From: Candidatus Dojkabacteria bacterium
Lineage (GTDB): Bacteria > Patescibacteriota > Dojkabacteria > J137
Assembly: GCA_030834985.1 (NCBI GenBank)
Contig: JAUQWV010000003.1
Location: 64,656 to 128,655, forward strand
Reading direction: 5' to 3'
DNA: 64,000 bases
Of the stretch, positions 55,394 to 64,000 are shown piece by piece. Position 1 is the first letter of the stretch. Each line of letters begins with the position of its first letter. The translations under genes and the position numbers were made by a program. Under the pieces are notes generated by a model. That model was not told where the DNA came from. It was given only the letters and a program-made list of their open reading frames with translations, and did no database searches.

Positions 55394-56467
55394 TTACTTG
55401 CCTCTTACGATATCTACTAATCGAGTTAAACCTCGTTCACGAGTCATTATAGTCCTTAGATAATCTTTATTCGACTGATTTTGATATCTTGCTCTTAAAT
55501 TTTTATCTTCCATTTTCTCTATTTCTGCTTCAACTTCTGGTTCTGTAGCAACTAAACCTTCTTTCACAGCTAAATTTACAAGCAAAAGATCACTAGAGAT
55601 CCTCTGCTTTGCATCTTTTTCCCAATGCCCTCGCATCTCTTCTATTGTTGTACCTTGAGTTTTTATATAATTTTCAATGCTTAATTTAATTTGTCTTAGT
55701 CTTGCTTTAAAATCTTCTTCTAACCCTGCAACTTGGTCATCTATCATTTCGTGCGGTACATGAAAGTCAGCAATTTTAATTGCTTCTTCTAAAACTTTAC
55801 TTGTAAATTCACTTTCAGATTGCTGTTTTTTTAAGCTTTCAAGAGCTTCCTTTACATTCGCCTTTAGTTCACTTACGGTTTTAGTGCCATCATAGTTTAA
55901 TTCAGCTACCAGCTCATCTGTTATTTCAAAGTCTACTTGTTTATCTGGATCCTCCTCTTTTGTATCTACATCTTTTTTAGTAGCTTTTTTGGCCGGAATC
56001 TTATCGGCAGGCAAATTGTTTTTAATCATATTTTTTATAACCTCTTCAATTTCTTTTTCATCAACCTCACTATTGGGTTCCTCTACTTTAATTTTTTTAA
56101 AGTCTTCTGGATTAATCTCTGGCTGAGTTATAACTTCAAAGGTGAAAATAACACCTTTTTCTTTATCCAATTCTTTTAAGTCATAATGTAAGTGAGAAAT
56201 TGGAGATAAATTCTCCTTTACTAAAACTGCCTCTGCATAAGTTGGAAGAAGTTCGTTGACAGCGTGACTAAAAACCTTAGATGCAACTTCTTTTTCTACC
56301 ATTTCTTTAGGAGCCTGACCCGGTCTAAAGCCTGGTACTTTTATTTTTTTTGCTTCATGCTCATAAGCATGATCTTCGTATTTTTGATAATCAGAATAAT
56401 CAACAGTAACTTGATAAACAAGCTTATTTCTATCTGTTTCAAGTCTTTTGAAATTTAAGTTATCCAT
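55394..56467 (-). CDS. tig: Trigger factor lacking the central FKBP-type PPIase domain
   Basis: The N-terminal ribosome-binding domain (VPGFRPGQAPKEMVEK) and the C-terminal chaperone arm are present. Length is 357 aa against about 430 typical, and no PPIase segment is found. Confidence 0.7.
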   Translation of the reverse strand: MDNLNFKRLETDRNKLVYQVTVDYSDYQKYEDHAYEHEAKKIKVPGFRPGQAPKEMVEKEVASKVFSHAVNELLPTYAEAVLVKENLSPISHLHYDLKELDKEKGVIFTFEVITQPEINPEDFKKIKVEEPNSEVDEKEIEEVIKNMIKNNLPADKIPAKKATKKDVDTKEEDPDKQVDFEITDELVAELNYDGTKTVSELKANVKEALESLKKQQSESEFTSKVLEEAIKIADFHVPHEMIDDQVAGLEEDFKARLRQIKLSIENYIKTQGTTIEEMRGHWEKDAKQRISSDLLLVNLAVKEGLVATEPEVEAEIEKMEDKNLRARYQNQSNKDYLRTIMTRERGLTRLVDIVRGK

Positions 56468-56540
56468 TAGGATTGTGTAATATCTAAGCAGGGCAATGAT
56501 ACCATAGAATCACGATAATCGCCATATAGCTATAAAATTA

Positions 56541-56598
56541 GGCACGTTTGATTGACTTTCAGCTAACGAGCTGACGGAACAAAAACGTGCCTAATTTA
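56541..56598 (-). terminator. Hairpin AGGCACGTTT-N38-AAACGTGCCT downstream of the acidic-protein gene (10-bp perfect stem, large structured loop)
   Basis: The inverted repeat is seen directly. It lies between the acidic-protein gene and tig. Confidence 0.4.
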
Positions 56599-56601
56599 TA
56601 T

Positions 56602-56964
56602 TTAATAATCGTCGTCGCTATAGGGATTATCTATATCAAAACTTTCATCCATATCAAGGAAGATATCTTCATCCTTGAAATTTAAATCTTCGTCTATCCA
56701 ATCATCTTCACCATCTTCATCTGAGTCAATTGCTACTTTTGCAGATGCTTTTTTGAAGTCTTCATCCTCACCTGAGCCTTCTGCATCACTTACCTGAATA
56801 TCGCCCATGCTGTAAGTTACATCATCGGCCGCTGGGGCATCTACAACTGGTTCTGGAGCTGAAAAGCTACTGTCGTAAGAAGAATCATCACTTGTTGAGG
56901 CTTTTCTTCGCCTTACAGTCTTTCTTTCTGAAAGATCTGTATTAAGTTTTTTAGTTCTTGCCAT
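56602..56964 (-). CDS. Highly acidic, probably disordered protein with a short basic N terminus (hypothetical)
   Basis: 120 aa. MARTKKLNTDLSERKTVRRRKA is followed by a D/E/S-rich sequence ending ...NPYSDDDY. A strong sigma70-like promoter lies upstream. Confidence 0.45.
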   Translation of the reverse strand: MARTKKLNTDLSERKTVRRRKASTSDDSSYDSSFSAPEPVVDAPAADDVTYSMGDIQVSDAEGSGEDEDFKKASAKVAIDSDEDGEDDWIDEDLNFKDEDIFLDMDESFDIDNPYSDDDY

Positions 56965-57002
56965 ATTTTTCTTTTTTGTAATATTTACGAATTACTTGCG
57001 GG

Positions 57003-57031
57003 AATATAAACCATATTCCAAGTCTTGTCAA
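57003..57031 (-). promoter_or_regulatory. Sigma70-like promoter: TTGACA, 17-nt spacer, TATATT
   Basis: The minus-strand reading is TTGACA agacttggaatatggtt TATATT. The -10 lies about 39 nt upstream of the ATG at 56964. Confidence 0.5.
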
Positions 57032-57068
57032 TTGGCGGGTATAGTATAGCGTAGTCTGGGCAATATTT

Positions 57069-58154
57069 CTATTTATTACCCAATATGCGTAAAAGCTTTT
57101 TTGCAGAGCTTTTCCAGGAATAAGTGTCAAAAAGTTTTGGCTTGGGTTCAAACTTTTTATTACTAATAACATTCATTGCTCTGCCTACTTTAATTGGGTT
57201 TGAAGTTTCTTCTACATACATGGCAGAAATATCCAATTCTTTATACGCAGGAATATCTGATGCTAGAACAAGCTTTTTCCTGGCATTAGCTTCAATTAAA
57301 GGCAGCCCAAAACCTTCGTAGTAGCTTAGCGAAACTACAAAATGCGATAAATCGTATATTACAGGAAGATCTTCATCAGGCACGTATCCTAGAAATAAGA
57401 TCAAATCCTGCAAGTCGTATTCTTTAACTACTTCAAAGATTTCATCGTAAAACCACCCTTTTTTGCCAACTATTACAAATTTATAATCCGGTTCTGTTCT
57501 CAAGAACTCACTAAAGCCTAAAATAGCATTAATTAAATTCTTTCTAGGTTCCAATGTACCAACACTTAAGACGTATTTTGAAGGTAGTTTATACTTCTCA
57601 ATAACAGCCTCTTTTTCTACTTTTGAATATTCTGCAAAAGTCCAGTCGTGTAAACCTTCTGTTACAACAAAAACTTTAGATCTAACTAACTTAAATTTAG
57701 ATTCGATATCCCTCTTTACAGCTTTTGATGGCGTAATTACTATTCCACCAAAACGTAAAAGCCAATTAAGTTCTATTCTATAAAAGATATTGCCCTTTTT
57801 AGGAAAGAACTTAGGATACAGAACCTGGCCGATATCATGAACAATAGTGACACAGTTTCTTAAAACACAGCCCCAAAACAGATTTGAAGGTGAAATAAAA
57901 TAATCTAGTTCTAATTCTCTGATAGGCCTAAGGCATCTGAGCATCCATTTAAGGTTACCGGAAGGTGCCTTTATTTGAATAATAGAGAAATTCTCCGGCA
58001 ACCTTAAACCCTTAAGCAAATTGCCGTCGTGAGTAATCAAAAAATATTCATTTTTCCCGTCAACTTCGGCTAGTGCTTTTATCAAGCTATGCGCATAGTA
58101 GCCGATTCCAGCTTTGTTGACATCTATCATTGATACATCTATTCCGATTCGCAT
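57069..58154 (-). CDS. Glycosyltransferase family 4
   Basis: YYEGFGLPLIEANARKKLVLASDIPAYKEL is a GT4 motif. Confidence 0.8.
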   Translation of the reverse strand: MRIGIDVSMIDVNKAGIGYYAHSLIKALAEVDGKNEYFLITHDGNLLKGLRLPENFSIIQIKAPSGNLKWMLRCLRPIRELELDYFISPSNLFWGCVLRNCVTIVHDIGQVLYPKFFPKKGNIFYRIELNWLLRFGGIVITPSKAVKRDIESKFKLVRSKVFVVTEGLHDWTFAEYSKVEKEAVIEKYKLPSKYVLSVGTLEPRKNLINAILGFSEFLRTEPDYKFVIVGKKGWFYDEIFEVVKEYDLQDLILFLGYVPDEDLPVIYDLSHFVVSLSYYEGFGLPLIEANARKKLVLASDIPAYKELDISAMYVEETSNPIKVGRAMNVISNKKFEPKPKLFDTYSWKSSAKKLLRILGNK

Positions 58155-58211
58155 ACGAATAATCTAATTAATCAATTATACTTTAGAATTTTCCCTGTTA
58201 AAATTACAAAT

Positions 58212-59294
58212 ATGCTTAAATATTTATCTGCTAAAAATTACAGAAATATTAACAATTTTGAGGCCCAAATTGGAGAAAAAGGGAATCTGATTATTGCACC
58301 CAACGGCAGCGGAAAAACCAATCTTTTAGAAGCAATTTACTACTCTGTTTTTGGAGAATCGTTTAAACCTATTAACACTCACTCAGAAATTATTGGCCCT
58401 GACGAAGAATTTGCTAAAGTCTTAACCAAGTGGGATTTAGATACACTTGAAGTTACAGTATCTGACACTAATAAATTAAATAGAAATTTCAAACTCAACC
58501 AGAAAAAGACAATGCTTTCTAAAATCAGCAGCAAGTTCCCTATTATTCTTTTTGCTCCGCATAGTGTTGATATAGTTATAGGGGAACCAGCACTGCGTAG
58601 GAACGATTTAAACGCGTTTTTAAGTATATTAAATAGCGACTATAAAAAGCTTATTTCGCAATATAATATAATTTTAAAAAACCGTAATGCGGTTATAAAA
58701 CAAGTTAGAGAAGGCAAGGTTCCCGAAACTATGATAGACTATTGGACTGAAAAACTAGTGAACCTTGCCTATGAAATTTTTAGTGCTAGAGCCGATTTTT
58801 TTACTAAGGTCAAAGATTTTTTTGCCGATGCTCAAAAAGTTTTATTTGGTATTGAGCATTATTCGCTAGATATTGAGTATCTGCCTAACGTAAATCCAAC
58901 CGAATTAAGCTTTAAAGAAACTCTAGAAGCTAAATATATAAACAATAGAAGTAAAGAGATTATTGTTGGCAAAACATTATATGGAGTCCATAAAGACGAC
59001 TACCGTATTGTATTAAATGAAGATGACTTAAAGTATAAAGGCTCACGTGGCCAGCAAAGAATTGGTATTAGTGTTCTAAAATTTGCACAGCTATTACTTT
59101 ATTATCAAACCTACAAAACCTATCCACTTTTACTATTAGACGACATTATGTCTGAATTAGACGATAACAATAGATTGAAAATTGCTAATTATCTACTTGA
59201 AAAGGATCTGCAGTTTATATTAACCTCCGCAGAAAATAAGGAAGTGCCGGACTTATTAAAAGAAAGTTCTACCTTTCTTCAAATAGGAGAATAA
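58212..59294 (+). CDS. recF: DNA replication and repair protein RecF
   Basis: Walker A APNGSGKTNLLEAIYY is present. It has an SMC-like architecture. Length 360 aa. Confidence 0.85.
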   Translation: MLKYLSAKNYRNINNFEAQIGEKGNLIIAPNGSGKTNLLEAIYYSVFGESFKPINTHSEIIGPDEEFAKVLTKWDLDTLEVTVSDTNKLNRNFKLNQKKTMLSKISSKFPIILFAPHSVDIVIGEPALRRNDLNAFLSILNSDYKKLISQYNIILKNRNAVIKQVREGKVPETMIDYWTEKLVNLAYEIFSARADFFTKVKDFFADAQKVLFGIEHYSLDIEYLPNVNPTELSFKETLEAKYINNRSKEIIVGKTLYGVHKDDYRIVLNEDDLKYKGSRGQQRIGISVLKFAQLLLYYQTYKTYPLLLLDDIMSELDDNNRLKIANYLLEKDLQFILTSAENKEVPDLLKESSTFLQIGE

Positions 59295-59637
59295 AATCTT
59301 CAATCGTTTCAACCTCTTCTAAAGTCATATAGACTTCTAAGATCTCTTCGCTAATAATCTCTTCTACCTCACTAAATTTTTTTAATTCGTCTGTATTCAT
59401 ATCTGATTTTATTGATGATTTTTTAGTATTTAAAACACCGTCCACTGGGCTATTTACCTGAAAAACGTAAATATTTTTACAATTAGTACATTCAAGCTTA
59501 CATACAATTTTTTCAATATCTACATTTACTACCTCTAAATCTCCTTTTAGGTGCTTATGACCGCACTTATCGCAATAATGTGGCATCAGTGAAGCTATTT
59601 GCTGCATAAGTTGTGGATTTGGGAAAACTTTTGGCAT
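59269..59637 (-). CDS. Zinc-ribbon (CxxC...CxxC) protein with an acidic C terminus (hypothetical)
   Basis: CDKCGHKH...CTNCKN. 122 aa. Its 3' end overlaps the recF 3' end (convergent). Confidence 0.4.
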   Translation of the reverse strand: MPKVFPNPQLMQQIASLMPHYCDKCGHKHLKGDLEVVNVDIEKIVCKLECTNCKNIYVFQVNSPVDGVLNTKKSSIKSDMNTDELKKFSEVEEIISEEILEVYMTLEEVETIEDFILLFEER

Positions 59638-59746
59638 TACTTAAATTAATAAAAAAATATTAAAGTTAGCAAGCAAATTATATACCTGCTAATGCGTTTT
59701 ATCAATATAAGATCGTTAAAACCTTTTGCCAGTAAGCACATTTTAG

Positions 59747-60106
59747 CTATACAGCTAAACTTACAAATTCAAAGTGCTCTATTTTAAAACCATTGCCTAT
59801 ATCTACTATACCAACAAAGTCAAATCTCCATAAAGAATTTTGTAAGTTATTTTTATAAAGCCAGCTATTTATAGATCTTAAAAGCCTTCTTTTCTTTGTA
59901 ATAGTTAAAGTAGAATAAATATCACGATCTTGGCTAAATCTTAAGCTTTTAACTTCAATAAAAACAATAAAATCACCATCCTTCATTATTAAATCTATCT
60001 CTCCAGCTTTAAAGAAGGAGTTTTTGCCCACAAATTTATACCCTTTTTTGAGCAAAAACTCCTTAGCCATCTCTTCTGCTTTTCGCCCTTTTGATCGTGT
60101 ATCCAT
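59747..60106 (-). CDS. yraN: YraN-family (UPF0102) predicted endonuclease
   Basis: GRKAEEMAKEFLLKKGYKFVGKN...GEIDLIMKDGDFIVFIEVK. Confidence 0.8.
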   Translation of the reverse strand: MDTRSKGRKAEEMAKEFLLKKGYKFVGKNSFFKAGEIDLIMKDGDFIVFIEVKSLRFSQDRDIYSTLTITKKRRLLRSINSWLYKNNLQNSLWRFDFVGIVDIGNGFKIEHFEFVSLAV

Positions 60107-60183
60107 TGGCAGATTATAACCAAAAGTTTTTATTATTGTTAAATTAGGTATAAGATGTACTAAATATCTTTTAAATATATTCT

Positions 60184-60579
60184 ATGAGTTTTCAAACAAA
60201 CATCTCATCAAAAACTGTCGAAAATGACTTTTTTAGGCAGGTTGTCTTTACTGGTACAAAATCTCAACTGGTAGTAATGTCTCTAAATGCAGGAGAAGAT
60301 ATTGGTGAAGAAGTACACGAACATGTTGAGCAGTACCTTTTCAATTATTCAGGCCAAGGAAAAGCAGTCTTAGACGGTGTAGAAAGTGACTTTAATCCAG
60401 GTGATGTTGTTATTGTCAGCCCTGGAGTAAAGCATAATATTATTAATACAGGTACAGATAAATTAAAGGTATACACTATTTACGTACCTGCTAACCATAT
60501 AGATGGTAGAGTCCATAAGACTAAAGCTGACGCTATGGCCGATACAGAAGATGAGGAATTTGGCCACAAAGTGATGTAA
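60184..60579 (+). CDS. Cupin-domain protein
   Basis: Cupin motifs G(X)5HxH-like (EEVHEHVEQYL) and PGVKHNIINTG. Confidence 0.6.
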   Translation: MSFQTNISSKTVENDFFRQVVFTGTKSQLVVMSLNAGEDIGEEVHEHVEQYLFNYSGQGKAVLDGVESDFNPGDVVIVSPGVKHNIINTGTDKLKVYTIYVPANHIDGRVHKTKADAMADTEDEEFGHKVM

Positions 60580-60585
60580 AGCCTC

Positions 60586-60852
60586 TTATTTTCTTCTTTC
60601 AACAACAATTGAACAGTTTGTAAGTACAGCAGCTAGTGCTCCTACGGCAGCCAAATAAGGAGCTAAAAGTATACCTACAACGCCTAATGTAACTGGGATT
60701 TCTAGTACCGAAACTTCTTTTTCGTTTTTGATTATTATCCTTCTTGCATTACCCTCTTTAATAATCTCTTTAACCTTTTTTACAACCTCGTCACCAGTTA
60801 GTTTAAATTCCTCTGTTGTTGTTTGTTCAGAAGTAGCTTTAGTATCATCCAT
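60586..60852 (-). CDS. DUF4342-family small protein
   Basis: KVKEIIKEGNARRIIIKNEKEVSVLEIPVTLGVVGILLAPYLAAVGALAAVLTNCSIVVERR. Confidence 0.55.
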   Translation of the reverse strand: MDDTKATSEQTTTEEFKLTGDEVVKKVKEIIKEGNARRIIIKNEKEVSVLEIPVTLGVVGILLAPYLAAVGALAAVLTNCSIVVERRK

Positions 60853-60904
60853 AAAAACATATTTAAAATGTAAGTATTAATATTATCGCATACAGTTTCA
60901 ATAG

Positions 60905-60936
60905 AAAACTAAAAGCTCCCCTAAAGGGGAGCTTTT
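60905..60936 (-). terminator. Rho-independent terminator of the r-protein/rpoA operon
   Basis: AAAAGCTCCCC-TAAA-GGGGAGCTTTT forms an 11-bp perfect stem, followed on the minus strand by TTTAGTTTT. It lies 20 nt after the rpsI stop. Confidence 0.75.
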
Positions 60937-60957
60937 AAATTCTCTATTATTCTTATA

Positions 60958-61356
60958 TTAACGCTTTGAGTACTGCTCTGCTTTTCTAGCTTTTCTTAAA
61001 CCAGGTTTCTTTCTTTCTACCATTCTTGGATCTCTTTTTAGTAAACCTGCATCTTTCAAAACCTTCTTCTTTTCTGGAAATCTTTTTATAATAGCTCTAG
61101 AAATAGCTAATCTAATTGCATCTACTTGGGATTGAACTCCACCACCTTTTGTTACAGCAGTGTAGCTCACTCCATCTGTATCTAGCTCTGCTACTCTAAA
61201 TGGCTCTTCAATTCTAACTTGTTCTGGCTTTAATGGATAAACTTGTTCAACTGGTTTTGTATTTATAGTGCTTTTACCTTTCTTTAAGAAAAGTCTTACA
61301 GTTGCTACAGAAGTTTTTCTTCTACCTAGTGCGTAATAATATTCTAATTCAGCCAT
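60958..61356 (-). CDS. rpsI: 30S ribosomal protein S9
   Basis: The C terminus ...LLKRDPRMVERKKPGLRKARKAEQYSKR is the S9 signature. Confidence 0.95.
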   Translation of the reverse strand: MAELEYYYALGRRKTSVATVRLFLKKGKSTINTKPVEQVYPLKPEQVRIEEPFRVAELDTDGVSYTAVTKGGGVQSQVDAIRLAISRAIIKRFPEKKKVLKDAGLLKRDPRMVERKKPGLRKARKAEQYSKR

Positions 61357-61365
61357 ATTTATAAA

Positions 61366-61812
61366 TTAAATTCTTATATTTCTAATATCTAATTTTTCAA
61401 TTTCCTGTGGTGTATGAGGGTGATTCTCATCTGCATACACTTTTAGGTTATTAAACATATCGTCTCCCCTTTTATTCTTAGGTAACATTCCTTTTACAGC
61501 AATTTCAATTGGCCTTTCTGGATGTTTGGTAAAAGTTTCTTCTAAGTTAGTAAACTTTAAACCGCCTGGAAATCCAGAATAGTTCTTATAGAATTTGCTC
61601 ATTCCTCTTTTAAATGTAAAGTCTATATTTTTAGCATTAATAACAACTACTTTATTTAAAGGTTTATGATACCTCCGTACTAAAGGATTATTCTTGCCTT
61701 GCAATACCTCTGCAACTTTAGATGCTAAATTACCAATTCGCATTCCAGAAGCATCAACAAGATACCATTTTTCTTTAATATCAGATTGTTTAATTTGTGT
61801 TACGCTCTTCAT
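61366..61812 (-). CDS. rplM: 50S ribosomal protein L13
   Basis: WYLVDASGMRIGNLASKVAEVLQGKNNP is an L13 N terminus. Confidence 0.95.
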   Translation of the reverse strand: MKSVTQIKQSDIKEKWYLVDASGMRIGNLASKVAEVLQGKNNPLVRRYHKPLNKVVVINAKNIDFTFKRGMSKFYKNYSGFPGGLKFTNLEETFTKHPERPIEIAVKGMLPKNKRGDDMFNNLKVYADENHPHTPQEIEKLDIRNIRI

Positions 61813-61827
61813 AATTTAATTATAAAA

Positions 61828-62316
61828 TTAATCTTTCTTTTTAGATTTAGATGTTCCTGTTACTGCTTTTCTAACTCTGCCTGCTACACTTTTTTCACTT
61901 TCAGTTTTCTCTCTTTTTTCTAATAACTTTTGTACTTCTGATTTCTTTTCTTTTACATCTGCATTAACTAACATTACATATACTTGAGCAGCGTTATCAC
62001 CTTTTCTAGGTAATGTTTTAATTACTCGTGTATATCCAGAGTTTCTATCTTGTAATTGGCTTTCTATAACCTTATAGAATTTATTTACAGCTTTTTCGTT
62101 TGACGCAAAAAAAGATTGAACTAGTCTTTTATTTCCTTCACCTTTTTTTGCTAAAGTCACTAATCTATCAAATTTAGATTTAACAACCTTTGCCTTTGCA
62201 GGTGTAGTTTTAATCTGCTGTGCTCTTAACAACTCCATTACTAAGCTTCTAGTTAAAGATGCTGTATGTGAAGCTGTTTTTCCTTGCATTCTATATTTTT
62301 TTATCTGCTTGTTCAT
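61828..62316 (-). CDS. rplQ: 50S ribosomal protein L17 with a lysine-rich C-terminal extension
   Basis: TASHTASLTRSLVMELL...TTPAKAKVV...GYTRVIKTLPRKGDNA is present. Length is 162 aa against about 120 typical. Confidence 0.9.
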   Translation of the reverse strand: MNKQIKKYRMQGKTASHTASLTRSLVMELLRAQQIKTTPAKAKVVKSKFDRLVTLAKKGEGNKRLVQSFFASNEKAVNKFYKVIESQLQDRNSGYTRVIKTLPRKGDNAAQVYVMLVNADVKEKKSEVQKLLEKREKTESEKSVAGRVRKAVTGTSKSKKKD

Positions 62317-62323
62317 GCCGTGA

Positions 62324-63292
62324 TTACACTAATTTAATTGAATGTTTCTTTAAAATATCTAAAAGCTCTGTAAATGATTTACTACCCATTCCTCTAATAT
62401 TTGATAATTCTTCTTCTGTTAAACCTTCCAATTTATTTAAATCATCATAGCCAGATTTTACTAATGCATTAGTTAATCTAGTAGATAGGTTTAAATCACT
62501 TACCTTTAATTCTGGTTTTGCAACATTTTGTGCATTTACTGTTTGAGCTATCTTCTGTTTCTGGTTTAATGCAACAGTAACTTCATTTCCAGCTAGCATT
62601 TGTTCAGTTAATTTTGTTAAATGAGATGTTGCTTGATTTAAGATATCAGTTGCAACATGCAAAGCCTCAACAGGTGAAACAGCACCGTTTGTTTCCATTG
62701 TTAAATTCAATTGGTCTAATTCTGTTTCCTGACCAACTCTAGCTTGAGAAATTGTATAGTTTACTAATTTTACAGGTGAGAAATTAGCATCAACTGGTAG
62801 CATTCCTAATTCTTTTCTAGCTGCTTCATCACCTACTGCAAATCCAACTCCTCTTTTTACTGTTAATTGAGCTTTAAATCTTGATTTTCCGCTTGTTAAC
62901 TTTGTAATTACATAATCAGGATTAATAATTTCAACTTCTGCACTCTTTTCAATATCTCCTGCTTTTACTTCTACAACTTCACCTTCTTTTCCTTTTACAT
63001 CAATCTCTAAAACAACCGGTTCAAGAGTTTTTGAAACTAGAACAACATTTTTTAAAGATAAAATTACAGCTAAAATATCATCTGCAACACCAGAAAGTGT
63101 TGAATATTCATGCTGTACACCATCAATTTTTACTGCAGTGATTGCACTTCCAGGGATAGAAGAAAGTAAAATTCTTCTTAAATATACAGCCATAGTTGAA
63201 CCGTATCCCTTTGGTAGTGGGCCGATTTCAAATGTTGCTGAATTCCCCTTTGCAGCTGACTTTTTGATAGTAAACTGATTCAAAGAAACCAT
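62324..63292 (-). CDS. rpoA: DNA-directed RNA polymerase alpha subunit
   Basis: N-terminal dimerisation domain and C-terminal alpha-CTD (...LNLSTRLTNALVKSGYDDLNKL...). Length 322 aa. Confidence 0.95.
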   Translation of the reverse strand: MVSLNQFTIKKSAAKGNSATFEIGPLPKGYGSTMAVYLRRILLSSIPGSAITAVKIDGVQHEYSTLSGVADDILAVILSLKNVVLVSKTLEPVVLEIDVKGKEGEVVEVKAGDIEKSAEVEIINPDYVITKLTSGKSRFKAQLTVKRGVGFAVGDEAARKELGMLPVDANFSPVKLVNYTISQARVGQETELDQLNLTMETNGAVSPVEALHVATDILNQATSHLTKLTEQMLAGNEVTVALNQKQKIAQTVNAQNVAKPELKVSDLNLSTRLTNALVKSGYDDLNKLEGLTEEELSNIRGMGSKSFTELLDILKKHSIKLV

Positions 63293-63350
63293 ATTTATTT
63301 TTATAAAATTTTAAAAAATATGCTTCCCTAAATAGGGAAGCAGGTAATTA

Positions 63351-63941
63351 TTATCTTGAGTAAAGTTCAATAATTAATCTTTCCTTAATACTTGAATCCA
63401 TCTCATCTCTTGTTGGTTCTGCAACAACTTTTCCACCTTTATCAAGTCTTTCAACCCATGCTGGCGGATTGTAATTTTTATTTTGAGCCAAAATTTCATT
63501 TACCTTTGTCATTATTGAATCTTTTAGAACTATTTCATCACCTGGTTTTAAAATAGTTGATGGAATATTATGCTTTTTTCCATTTAAAGTAATGTGACCA
63601 TGTGTTACTAACTGTCTTGCCATTGCTCTTGTAGCAGCAAAACCTAATCTATAGATTACATTATCAACTCTTAATTCAAGTAACTGTAATAGTCTAGTAC
63701 TTGTGTTACCGCCAGATTTTAATGCTAAATTATAGAATCTTAAGAATTGAGCTTCAGTCATTCCGTACATTCTCTTAACTTTTTGTTTTTCTCTAAACTG
63801 AATAGCATAATCAGAAGGTCTTTTTGCTAATACTGGAAATTGTCCAGGCATAGACATTCTTCTTTTCCATTTTTCAGAGCTACCAAGCACTGTTGCTTGT
63901 TCTCTTCTATTTATTCTCCATTTAGCACCTGTATATCTCAT
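63351..63941 (-). CDS. rpsD: 30S ribosomal protein S4
   Basis: MRYTGAKWRINRREQ... is present with an S4 RNA-binding domain. Length 196 aa. Confidence 0.95.
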   Translation of the reverse strand: MRYTGAKWRINRREQATVLGSSEKWKRRMSMPGQFPVLAKRPSDYAIQFREKQKVKRMYGMTEAQFLRFYNLALKSGGNTSTRLLQLLELRVDNVIYRLGFAATRAMARQLVTHGHITLNGKKHNIPSTILKPGDEIVLKDSIMTKVNEILAQNKNYNPPAWVERLDKGGKVVAEPTRDEMDSSIKERLIIELYSR

Positions 63942-63976
63942 ATTTGTTATTAATTATTTTAATTTGCCTTAGAGTT

Positions 63977-64000
63977 TTATTTCTTTGGCGCTCTTCTAGA
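63977..64000 (-). CDS. rpsK: 3' end of 30S ribosomal protein S11 (partial, runs off the window)
   Basis: The minus frame reads ...SRRAPKK*, which resembles the basic S11 C terminus, and the gene occupies the expected position upstream of rpsD. Only 7 codons are visible. Confidence 0.3.
   Translation of the reverse strand, partial: SRRAPKK

Noticed and set aside
57031-57066. tRNA-like 5' sequence GGCGGGTATAGTATAGCGTAGTCTGGGC
   Set aside because: It has no T-arm (GTTCRANYC) or acceptor-stem complement downstream, so it cannot fold as a tRNA. The region is better explained as a promoter.
1-64000. CRISPR arrays, rRNA and tRNA genes, IS elements or transposases, prophage genes
   Set aside because: No regularly spaced direct repeats were found other than the intragenic 48-nt protein-coding repeats at 38712..38860. 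No long non-coding stretch could hold an rRNA. No ORF has a transposase, integrase or phage structural-protein character.

Overview
This is a 64 kb AT-rich stretch (about 30% GC by eye) of a compact bacterial chromosome in standard code 11, with densely packed, often overlapping genes, about 80% on the minus strand. Conserved housekeeping genes are present: gatB, RNase J, hisS, trpS, recF, trigger factor, nfo, yraN, a flavodoxin-korA-korB 2-oxoacid oxidoreductase operon, and an rpsK-rpsD-rpoA-rplQ-rplM-rpsI cluster at the right edge. Between them the window carries a large amount of cell-surface glycan machinery. A roughly 16.7 kb co-directional minus-strand locus (15989..32726) holds 17 tightly coupled genes. 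It includes two Wzm/Wzt ABC polysaccharide exporters, one of whose Wzt subunits has a C-terminal carbohydrate-binding extension, GDP-mannose 4,6-dehydratase plus GDP-fucose synthase, a GT11 alpha-1,2-fucosyltransferase, four GT2 and three GT4 glycosyltransferases, a hexapeptide acetyltransferase and two methyltransferases. UDP-glucose 4-epimerase lies next to it, and mannose-1-phosphate guanylyltransferase lies elsewhere in the window. Two paralogous GT-C-like polytopic membrane proteins are present, one sitting in a GtrB/GtrA-like three-component extracytoplasmic glycosylation module. The window also encodes a large protein whose extracytoplasmic region contains a DUF4012-like motif and whose N terminus carries a Rossmann domain, a PEGA-domain protein, and an acyltransferase-3 fusion to a CE4-like deacetylase followed by an Ig-repeat protein with a C39-like peptidase domain. 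Several unusual points stand out. A roughly 490 bp island of about 48% GC bounded by 14 bp perfect inverted repeats encodes a small secreted protein. An overlapping two-gene module pairs a HEPN-like protein with an unknown partner. There are LOG-methyltransferase and TsaC-TsaE fusion proteins, a 61-aa lysine/arginine-rich tandem-repeat protein resembling histone H1, and an in-frame TAG followed by 109 open codons at the 3' end of a GT-C gene. No rRNA, tRNA, CRISPR array or transposase genes were detected. Compact genes, fusion proteins, a trigger factor lacking the PPIase domain and the fermentative OFOR/flavodoxin operon suggest an uncultivated, reduced-genome organism, possibly of the CPR/Patescibacteria type (inference only).
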